This document shows positions 57,549 to 64,000 of a stretch of 64,000 bases of DNA, piece after piece. The stretch is taken from assembly GCA_035528375.1 (NCBI GenBank), contig DATKYS010000132.1, forward strand, positions 731 to 64,730, given 5' to 3'. Below the pieces are notes generated by a model that ran no database searches, was not told the DNA's origin, and was given only the letters and a program-made list of their open reading frames with translations. Position numbers and translations under genes: made by a program. This DNA is from a bacterium. Its GTDB lineage: Bacteria; RBG-13-66-14. How positions within the stretch are numbered: the first letter of the stretch is position 1; each line of letters starts with the position of its first letter.

Positions 57549-57577
57549 TTGACATCCGCCCGGCGTCCGGTTAAACT
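57549..57577 (+). promoter_or_regulatory. Sigma70-type promoter TTGACA-17-TAAACT upstream of rpmA
   Basis: Consensus -35, 17-nt spacer, acceptable -10, 41 nt before the rpmA ATG. Confidence 0.55.
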
Positions 57578-57618
57578 ACGCCGCGAAAAATGCCGCTGTA
57601 CCCGACGGGGGGAAAAGA

Positions 57619-57870
57619 ATGGCTCACAAGAAAGCGGGCGGCTCTTCCAGAAACGGACGCGATTCCGAGTCCAAGCGCCTCGGATGCAAGCGCTTCGCGG
57701 GGCAGTTCGTCACCGGCGGGTCCATCCTCGTCCGACAGCGGGGGACGGAGTTCTTCCCCGGCCCCGGCGCCGGTCTGGGGAGGGACAACACCGTGTTCGC
57801 CCTCTTCGACGGCGTGGTGGATTACTACCGCCGCCGCGACCGCCGCTACATCTCCGTGACGGTTAGGTGA
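57619..57870 (+). CDS. rpmA: 50S ribosomal protein L27
   Basis: [43 protein letters not shown]..., the canonical L27. Confidence 0.95.
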   Translation: MAHKKAGGSSRNGRDSESKRLGCKRFAGQFVTGGSILVRQRGTEFFPGPGAGLGRDNTVFALFDGVVDYYRRRDRRYISVTVR

Positions 57871-57961
57871 CCTCGTCTCTGTGCCGGTGTGCGGTGGCGA
57901 CGGGATGCAAATTTGAGAAGAACGAGACGCTCCCTTAAAACCCCGGACGGGGTTTTTTAAC

Positions 57962-59008
57962 ATGTTCACAGACCGGGCTAAAATTTACGTCTGCAGTGGT
58001 TCCGGCGGCGACGGCGTCGTCAGCTTCCGCCGGGAGAAGTACGTCCCCCGGGGCGGCCCCGACGGCGGGGACGGTGGACGCGGCGGGTCGGTCTACATCG
58101 CGGGCACCTACGGGCTCAACACCCTCGTCTGCTTCCGCTACCGTCCGAGGTACCTCGCCCCCGACGGCAAGCCCGGCGCCAAACAGCGGAAGACGGGCGC
58201 CTCGGGGGAGAATCTCGTTGTCTTATGCCCCGTGGGAACCCAGGCTTACCGTTTGCCGGAGAACGTCCTCGCGGCCGATCTCGACGAGGACGGCAAGCGG
58301 GTCCTCATCGCCCGGGGCGGACGCGGCGGCAAGGGCAACGTCCACTTCGCCACGGCGACAAGACAGGCCCCGCGCATTGCCACTCCCGGCGGGGCGGGGG
58401 AAGGCTTCGAGCTGCAACTGGAGCTGAAGCTCATCGCCGACGTGGGGCTGGCCGGGATGCCCAACGCCGGCAAGTCCTCCATCCTCGCGCGGCTCACCAA
58501 CGCCCGGCCCGAGATCGCCGCCTACCCCTTCACCACCCTGGAGCCCCACCTCGGCGTGGTCGAGCTGGACCGGGAGAGGGCCTTCGTCTTGGCCGACATC
58601 CCGGGCCTCATTGCCGGCGCCAGCAGGGGGGTCGGCCTGGGGCACGATTTCCTCCGCCACATCGAGCGGACACGCCTGGTGGCCGTGGTGGTGGACGCCG
58701 CGGGCACAGAAGGACGAGACCCCGTCGAGGATTTCGCCGTCGTGCTCGGCGAGTTGAACGCGCACAGCCCGGAGCTGGCGGCCAAGGTCGCCCTGGTCAT
58801 CGGCAATAAAATTGACCTGCCCGGTGCGACCGTCCACGTGCATCGGATGCGGGAGGCGACGGGGTTGCCGGTCCTCCCCCTGTCGGCCGTCAGCGGCGTC
58901 GGCTGCGACGACCTGATCTCCCTTCTCGCACGGGAGCTGGTCGCACGGGGGCTGTGGACCGTCGGGCTTCCCGCCTCCGACGAGGAGCCCTTCGATCCCC
59001 TCGCCTGA
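57962..59008 (+). CDS. obg: GTPase Obg/CgtA
   Basis: Obg fold with Gly-rich N-terminus (GSGGDGVVSFRREKYVPRGGPDGGDGGRGG), G-domain GMPNAGKSS...DIPGLI...NKID. Confidence 0.9.
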   Translation: MFTDRAKIYVCSGSGGDGVVSFRREKYVPRGGPDGGDGGRGGSVYIAGTYGLNTLVCFRYRPRYLAPDGKPGAKQRKTGASGENLVVLCPVGTQAYRLPENVLAADLDEDGKRVLIARGGRGGKGNVHFATATRQAPRIATPGGAGEGFELQLELKLIADVGLAGMPNAGKSSILARLTNARPEIAAYPFTTLEPHLGVVELDRERAFVLADIPGLIAGASRGVGLGHDFLRHIERTRLVAVVVDAAGTEGRDPVEDFAVVLGELNAHSPELAAKVALVIGNKIDLPGATVHVHRMREATGLPVLPLSAVSGVGCDDLISLLARELVARGLWTVGLPASDEEPFDPLA

Positions 59009-59063
59009 ACCCGACCCCATTTTCCTAGTCTAATAAAGCCGTATCGGGTATAATCGAGATGGG

Positions 59064-59426
59064 ATGGTGATTAACATGGAGGGCCCCTTGCTCCTGCCGG
59101 GCCACAACGACAACGTCGAGATTGACGACGAGGTGTATCACGTCCAGTCGGAGACCCGCGGCGAAGTTGATTCCCCCTACATCGTCACTCTGGTCTTCGT
59201 GGCCGGAGGCATCGTCTATCGCCGTAAAACCGAGTGGCTCGGTGCCGTGGATTCCGACGAGGCCCTGACCCAGTTCAAAGAGCTCCTGACGAACCAGCAC
59301 CGGTCGGTCATCGCCGATATCAAGAGCAACTCCCTCAAGAGGGTCAGCGTCGAGGAGCAGAAGCAGATCGAGATGGACGAGCGCGAGCTCATCGCACGCT
59401 TCCTCGACGAGTGGGCCAGCGAGTGA
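59064..59426 (+). CDS. Hypothetical protein (120 aa)
   Basis: ORF followed by a GC hairpin (CGGCGGGGGatcataCCCCCGCCG). No family recognised. Confidence 0.4.
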   Translation: MVINMEGPLLLPGHNDNVEIDDEVYHVQSETRGEVDSPYIVTLVFVAGGIVYRRKTEWLGAVDSDEALTQFKELLTNQHRSVIADIKSNSLKRVSVEEQKQIEMDERELIARFLDEWASE

Positions 59427-59507
59427 GCCGTTCCTCCGAAGCGGCGGGGCGCGGGTTTGTAAATGCGCGTTAACCCGGCGGGGGATCATACCCCCGCCGT
59501 CCGGTGA

Positions 59508-59592
59508 GCGAGAGTGGCGGAACTGGCATACGCGCTGGATTTAGGTTCCAGTGGCTCCGGCCGTGCGGGTTCAAGTCCCGCCTCTCGCACCA
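59508..59592 (+). tRNA. tRNA-Leu (anticodon TAG), type II
   Basis: GCGAGAGTGGCGGAACTGGCATACGCGCTGGATTTAGGTTCCAG + long variable arm + GCGGGTTCAAGTCCCGCCTCTCGCACCA. Confidence 0.9.
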
Positions 59593-59760
59593 GCATGATG
59601 CTGGACCCTGTTCCGCGGGGAACGGTTTGAGTCATTCGTGAGCAATCGCCGCGAGCGGGGCCTTTTTCTAATCGCCAAGTTTATTTAAACGCATGATGCT
59701 GGACCCTGTTCCGCGGGGAGAGGTTCAGTTTATTCCCACACAATCGCCGCGAGCGGGGCC
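59593..59760 (+). repeat. Tandem pair of the tRNA-3'-flank element (70-nt copies at 59593..59662 and 59691..59760) immediately after tRNA-Leu
   Basis: GCATGATGCTGGACCCTGTTCCGCGGGGA(AC/GA)GGTT...CAATCGCCGCGAGCGGGGCC twice. Homologous in sense orientation to the elements downstream of both tRNA-Ser genes. Confidence 0.7.
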
Positions 59761-59827
59761 AAGTCCAATTTTAATAGCACCAACCTCGCCGTATGCAGAC
59801 CGACATTGACCACCTCACCCCCCTCCG

Positions 59828-60793
59828 ATGCCAAAACACATAAACTCCTCCCTCTACACCCGCTTCGCCGGCCTACGCGACTTCCTGTCGCTGAAGCTGA
59901 CCGGCGCGTACCCCCGCCCCATCAACGTCCACGTCGAGATAAACAACACCTGCAATCTCGACTGCGTGATGTGCCCCCGGGACCGGCTTACCCGCCGGTT
60001 GACCCTGATGGACGACGACCTTTTTCGGAGCGTAGTGCGCCAGCTTGCGGGAATGGGGGTTCCATCCGTCAGCCTGTTCCTCTTCGGCGATCCGCTTTGC
60101 CACCCGCGTCTGGACGAGATGGTGGCTTACGCCGCGGAGCACGGCGTGGCCCCCGTCCTCAACACGAACGCGATGGCTCTGACCGAGGAGCGCGGTCGGA
60201 AGCTCCTCGACGCGGGGCTGAAAACCGTCATCTTCTCCGTGGACGGCGTCACGCCGGAAGTCTTTGCGGAAGTCCGCCGGGGGGGCGATTTGGAGCGGGT
60301 GCGGGCCAACATCCTCCGTTTCCTCGAGCTGGCGGCGGAGCGCCGACCGCGGCCGGCCACGGTGGTGCAGTTTGCCGTCTCCAATATCAACGAGCACGAG
60401 GTGGACGCCTTCCGGGCCTTCTGGGAGGGGAAGGTGGATCGGCTCAAATTCACCCGCGTCACCGAGTACGCGGGCATCGAGGGGCTCAAGACCTACGAAT
60501 ACAAAACGCTGGAGCGGCGTCCCTGCCCGGACACCTGGAGCAAGATGGTGATTCTGGCCGACGGCACGGTGACCACCTGCTGCCTGGACCTGAACGGTGA
60601 GCTGGGGATGGGGGACGCCGCCGCGACACCGCTCCGGGACCTCTGGCGCTCCCCCCGCTGGAGAACTCTCCGCCGGGCCCACCGGCGCCTGAATTTCGCC
60701 GAATACCCCGTCTGCGACGCCTGCCCCATGCCGCTTTTATACGCGGCCAACCTGGCGGACCGTTCCGCCGACGAGCTCCCGGAAAGGTCGTAA
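59828..60793 (+). CDS. Radical SAM enzyme with C-terminal SPASM/twitch-type cysteine-rich domain
   Basis: CNLDCVMC (CxxxCxxC) 4Fe-4S/SAM motif. C-terminal CPDTW...TCCLDLNG...CDACP auxiliary-cluster cysteines. Confidence 0.75.
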   Translation: MPKHINSSLYTRFAGLRDFLSLKLTGAYPRPINVHVEINNTCNLDCVMCPRDRLTRRLTLMDDDLFRSVVRQLAGMGVPSVSLFLFGDPLCHPRLDEMVAYAAEHGVAPVLNTNAMALTEERGRKLLDAGLKTVIFSVDGVTPEVFAEVRRGGDLERVRANILRFLELAAERRPRPATVVQFAVSNINEHEVDAFRAFWEGKVDRLKFTRVTEYAGIEGLKTYEYKTLERRPCPDTWSKMVILADGTVTTCCLDLNGELGMGDAAATPLRDLWRSPRWRTLRRAHRRLNFAEYPVCDACPMPLLYAANLADRSADELPERS

Positions 60794-60855
60794 GTTCCAA
60801 TCCACTAAAAAAGGGGAGAGCGTCGGCTCTCCCTTGCCAATTCGCGCGCGTTCGG

Positions 60856-61932
60856 TCAGCCTCTCTCGGCGGCGACCTCCCGGACCAGCCGTTCCAATCT
60901 CTCCGCCAGCTTCTTAGCGGGAACGGCCCGCTCCACTATTTCACCCCGGACGAAGATGTCGCCCGAGTCCGCGCCCCCGGCGACGCCGACGTCGGCGTGA
61001 GCGGCCTCCCCGGGACCGTTGACCACGCAGCCCATCACCGCCACCCTCAGGGGGGTGACGATGTCGGAGAGCCGTTTTTCCACCTCCCGCAGGAGCCCCT
61101 CCAGGTCGTAGTTGCAGCGGCCGCAGGTGGGGCAGGCGATGATTTCCACCCCCCGCTCGCGCAGACCGCAGGCGCGGAGTATCTCCCAGGCGACCCGCAC
61201 CTCGGCCGTCGGGTCTCCGGTCAGACTCACCCGCAGCGTGTCGCCGATGCCCTCCAGTAAAAGTGTGCCTATGCCCAGGGCGCTCTTGACTACACCGGCG
61301 TCGTGCCAGCCGGCCTCGGTCACCCCCAGGTGGAGCGGCCAGCTCGTCTTCTCCGCCAGGAGGCGGTAGGCGGCGAGGGTGTCCGTGACCGACGACGCCT
61401 TGGCGCTGATTTTAATGGATTCCAGACCGGCGTCCTCCAGCAACCGCACTTCATTCAGGGCGCTTTCGACCAGGGCTTCGGGCGCAGGGCCGCCGAATTT
61501 CGCCAGCAGGTCGGGATCGAGGGAGCCGGCGTTGACTCCGACCCGGATGGGAATCCCCGCCTCGACCGCCGCCCGAGCCACCCGGCGGACGGCCCCGGGG
61601 TCGCGCAGGTTCCCCGGGTTCAGCCGCAGGCCCGCGACGCCGGCCTCCACCGAGGCCAGGGCGAGCTGCTCCGAGAAGTGGATGTCCGCCACGAGGGGGA
61701 TGGTAGTTTTTTTCACCAGCTCCGGGAGCGTCTTGACCGCCCGGCGGTCCGGGACCGCCACCCGCACTATCTCGCACCCCGCCGCGACCAGCTTTTCGAT
61801 CTGCGCCAGGGTCTTTTCCGCGTCGTGGGTCGGGGTGTTGGTCATGGACTGGACGGCCACCGGCGCGCCGCCGCCGATGGGCACGCCGCCCAGAAAAATC
61901 CGACGCGTCGTCTCTCGGTGCAGAGGGGCCAT
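60856..61932 (-). CDS. ispG: 4-hydroxy-3-methylbut-2-en-1-yl diphosphate synthase (flavodoxin)
   Basis: VAVQSMTNT...IACPTCGRC...MGCVVNGPGE, the IspG/GcpE cysteine motifs and TIM-barrel region. Confidence 0.9.
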   Translation of the reverse strand: MAPLHRETTRRIFLGGVPIGGGAPVAVQSMTNTPTHDAEKTLAQIEKLVAAGCEIVRVAVPDRRAVKTLPELVKKTTIPLVADIHFSEQLALASVEAGVAGLRLNPGNLRDPGAVRRVARAAVEAGIPIRVGVNAGSLDPDLLAKFGGPAPEALVESALNEVRLLEDAGLESIKISAKASSVTDTLAAYRLLAEKTSWPLHLGVTEAGWHDAGVVKSALGIGTLLLEGIGDTLRVSLTGDPTAEVRVAWEILRACGLRERGVEIIACPTCGRCNYDLEGLLREVEKRLSDIVTPLRVAVMGCVVNGPGEAAHADVGVAGGADSGDIFVRGEIVERAVPAKKLAERLERLVREVAAERG

Positions 61933-61956
61933 GAATTTTATCGCTTAGGTTGGATG

Positions 61957-62535
61957 CTACCCGTCGAGATAATACCTTACGACGGGCCGCATGGGGGAGC
62001 GCCGGGACACCTCTCTGAATCCCATCTTCATATAAGTCGAGAAAAGGCCCATGTATGCGGAAATTTCCGGGTTCTTGCTCTTCTCGGGGATGAGCGGGTA
62101 GGCCTCGACGACCCCGCCGCCCCGCTCCTCGACGTAATCCACGGCTGCGCCGACGAGGGCCTCCGACATCCCGCTCCTGCGGTGCCGCTCCGGGATGAAG
62201 AAGCAGGTGATGGACCACACCGGCTCGTCGTCCACCCTCTTCAGGACCGGCGACCGGTCCTGGACGGGAAAAGTCTCCCGGGGCGCCACCGAGTACCAGC
62301 CCGCCGGCTCACCACCGGAGTAGGCCAGGATGCCGGGTACATCCCCGGATTCGATGATGCGGCGGAAATTTTTGCGGTTTTCCTCCCCGTAATTTTTCTC
62401 GAAGTCTTTGCGCCTGTTGCGCCGGTACATGCACCAGCAGCCCGGGAACGGGTGGCCGTCCCGGAACAGCCGCTCCAGGTCGTCCCAACGGTCGGCGGTC
62501 GCCGGCGCGAACACGAGCCCCTCGGTCCTTGTCAC
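61957..62535 (-). CDS. GNAT-family N-acetyltransferase
   Basis: 192 aa. ...RHRRSGMSEALVGAAVDYVEERGGGVVEAYP... acetyl-CoA binding segment. Confidence 0.65.
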   Translation of the reverse strand: MTRTEGLVFAPATADRWDDLERLFRDGHPFPGCWCMYRRNRRKDFEKNYGEENRKNFRRIIESGDVPGILAYSGGEPAGWYSVAPRETFPVQDRSPVLKRVDDEPVWSITCFFIPERHRRSGMSEALVGAAVDYVEERGGGVVEAYPLIPEKSKNPEISAYMGLFSTYMKMGFREVSRRSPMRPVVRYYLDG

Positions 62536-63683
62536 TGCTTTTTCCCCGCCTCGTCGTCCATGTCCCGGAGCGCCGCCGCGGCGTCCACCCCGGAGCCCTC
62601 TTTCAGCCGACCCCGTTGCAGTTGCCCCAGGCTCAGGCCCTCCCGGACGAGGAAAATCAGCCCCACGACGATGTACGGGAGCACCTGGGTCACGTGCAGG
62701 AGGATGGCGAAGGCCCCGGCCATGCCCTTACCCGCCTCGCCGTACACCCCGACGATGGCCGGCGCGCAGGTGGTGAGCCCCAGGTAGCCGAACTGCTCGA
62801 AGATGCCCAGGAATCCCGGCGCCGAGGGGAAGACCACCCCCAGGCACACGTAGGCCAGCGTGAACGGCGCGGCGAACCACGGCGTCAGCCCGGCGAAGGG
62901 CATCGCCTGAATGATGGGCACGTAAGAAAGCACCGCCGTGCCCCAGATGGCGAAGGACAGCCCCACGGCCGCCCACAGCCGTCCCTTGTGGTTGAAGATG
63001 TGCAGCCCGTCGCCGAAATTCACGAAGAACTCCCGGACCTTCTCCCGCGTCTTTTTCCCGAAGAGACGGGCCGGGAGCGACAGAATCTTCGCCACCGGGT
63101 CGCGCCGGTAGTACAGAAACACCAGCGCCAGGCATCCCGTCACGTACACCGCACCCACCGCGATGGCCAGCCCCATCTTCACCATCCCGCCGAAGGGGAA
63201 GAGGAAGAGCATCCAGATGAAAATCGCCATGATGACGAGGCCGTCGAGTATGCGGACGAAGATGACCGTGGCCAGCGCGCTGGAGTACTTGTACCCCGAA
63301 TTGCGGGTGACCACGTAGGGCCGGATGAGCTCCCCCGCCCGCAGGGGCAAGACGCCGTTGGCCATGAAGCCTATCATCGTCCCGCTCGCAGCGTTCAGGA
63401 ATTTCACCGGATGGATGGAGTCCAGGAAGAGCTTCCAGCGCCAGATGCGCAGCATGTAGCTCACCGCCAGCGGGACGACCCACCAGACTAAAATCAGGTA
63501 GTTGGCCTGGGCGAAGCCCCGGCCCAGCCCCTCCAGGTCCACGTCGTGGAAGAACCACCAGAGGAGCCCCCCGGAGATGACCACGCCCAGCCAGAAGCGC
63601 CAGTTCTTCAGCAAATCCCGGTCCCTCGGTCGCGAGGATGTGTCGCGTGCAAGTATAACGGAAATGCGCGCCCAAACCAACAA
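62532..63683 (-). CDS. Lysylphosphatidylglycerol-synthase-TM-like / flippase-like (UPF0104) membrane protein
   Basis: Eight predicted TM helices. ...ASGTMIGFMANGVLPLRAGELIRPY..., typical of the LPG_synthase_TM family. Confidence 0.65.
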   Translation of the reverse strand: MLVWARISVILARDTSSRPRDRDLLKNWRFWLGVVISGGLLWWFFHDVDLEGLGRGFAQANYLILVWWVVPLAVSYMLRIWRWKLFLDSIHPVKFLNAASGTMIGFMANGVLPLRAGELIRPYVVTRNSGYKYSSALATVIFVRILDGLVIMAIFIWMLFLFPFGGMVKMGLAIAVGAVYVTGCLALVFLYYRRDPVAKILSLPARLFGKKTREKVREFFVNFGDGLHIFNHKGRLWAAVGLSFAIWGTAVLSYVPIIQAMPFAGLTPWFAAPFTLAYVCLGVVFPSAPGFLGIFEQFGYLGLTTCAPAIVGVYGEAGKGMAGAFAILLHVTQVLPYIVVGLIFLVREGLSLGQLQRGRLKEGSGVDAAAALRDMDDEAGKKQ

Positions 63684-63705
63684 GATGACCCCCGGCGGGG
63701 GGTCG

Positions 63706-63782
63706 TGGAGCCGCTGCTCGGACTTGAACCGAGGACCTGCTCATTACGAGTGAGCTGCTCTGCCAAACTGAGCTACAGCGGC
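63706..63782 (-). tRNA. tRNA-Thr (anticodon CGT)
   Basis: Reverse complement GCCGCTGTAGCTCAGTTTGGCAGAGCAGCTCACTCGTAATGAGCAGGTCCTCGGTTCAAGTCCGAGCAGCGGCTCCA. Confidence 0.88.
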
Positions 63783-63903
63783 GCGCGGGGCATTGTAGCA
63801 TCCTCCGTTTGCGTGGTCAAGGCGCCCCCGGGGGCACCGGAAACCCCGACCGTGTTTGTGCTAGACTTTAGATGGGATTTTCCTCATCTTGGTGTTGAAG
63901 TTT

Positions 63904-64000
63904 ATGAAGAAGCTCGTCCTTGATTTTTTACTCATCCCCGTCGCGGCCACCTTCGCCGTTTACGAAGGCTGGTCTGAACCTGTACTAGTAGCTGACGGTG
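63904..64000 (+). CDS. Start of an ORF (MKKLVLDFLLIPVAATFAVYEGW...), 3' end outside the window
   Basis: ATG with a hydrophobic N-terminus. Only 32 codons visible. Confidence 0.25.
   Translation, partial: MKKLVLDFLLIPVAATFAVYEGWSEPVLVADG

Noticed and set aside
59596-59630. Mini-ORFs MMLDPVPRGTV* / MMLDPVPRGEVQFIPTQSPRAGPSP... inside the tRNA-Leu flank repeats as possible RiPP precursors for the downstream radical-SAM enzyme
   Set aside because: The same nucleotide element occurs in the opposite genomic context after two tRNA-Ser genes 19 kb away, without the same reading frames. The coding potential is therefore coincidental.

Overview
High-GC (about 65 %) bacterial chromosomal segment, dense in housekeeping genes, probably from an anaerobe. 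Evidence for anaerobiosis: class II B12 ribonucleotide reductase, rubrerythrin, DUF1858 redox proteins, universal stress proteins. Taxonomic hints (PilQ secretin, a giant SprA-like outer-membrane protein, many beta-barrel OMPs) suggest an FCB-type or candidate-phylum lineage. I call about 55 protein genes and six tRNAs. Recognisable genes: nrdJ (5' truncated), pilQ, rdgB, holA, ridA, tsaA/trmO, trmFO, glyQ/glyS, three tandem M42 peptidases, rtcB, lgt, groES/groEL, yqeK, rsfS, rlmH, argS, ychF, rpmA, obg, ispG. tRNAs: Phe-GAA, Ala-CGC, Ser-GGA, Ser-CGA, Leu-TAG, Thr-CGT. I found no CRISPR array, rRNA, integrase or transposase. Things I think deserve follow-up: (1) a low-GC two-gene islet (237-aa orphan plus 86-aa zinc-ribbon protein) inserted directly 3' of pilQ, a candidate horizontally acquired toxin/defence-like module. 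(2) A DUF2089 zinc-ribbon/HTH gene followed by two tandem paralogous SHOCT-like small proteins. (3) A conserved ~70-nt element in tandem pairs immediately 3' of three tRNA genes (six copies). (4) A mosaic argS with an in-frame low-GC segment and a degenerate HIGH motif (HVGH to LVVN). (5) A sigma54-type promoter and no CIRCE upstream of groESL. (6) Several short palindromic/dispersed repeat families and tandemly duplicated bidirectional terminators. (7) An orphan radical-SAM/SPASM enzyme.
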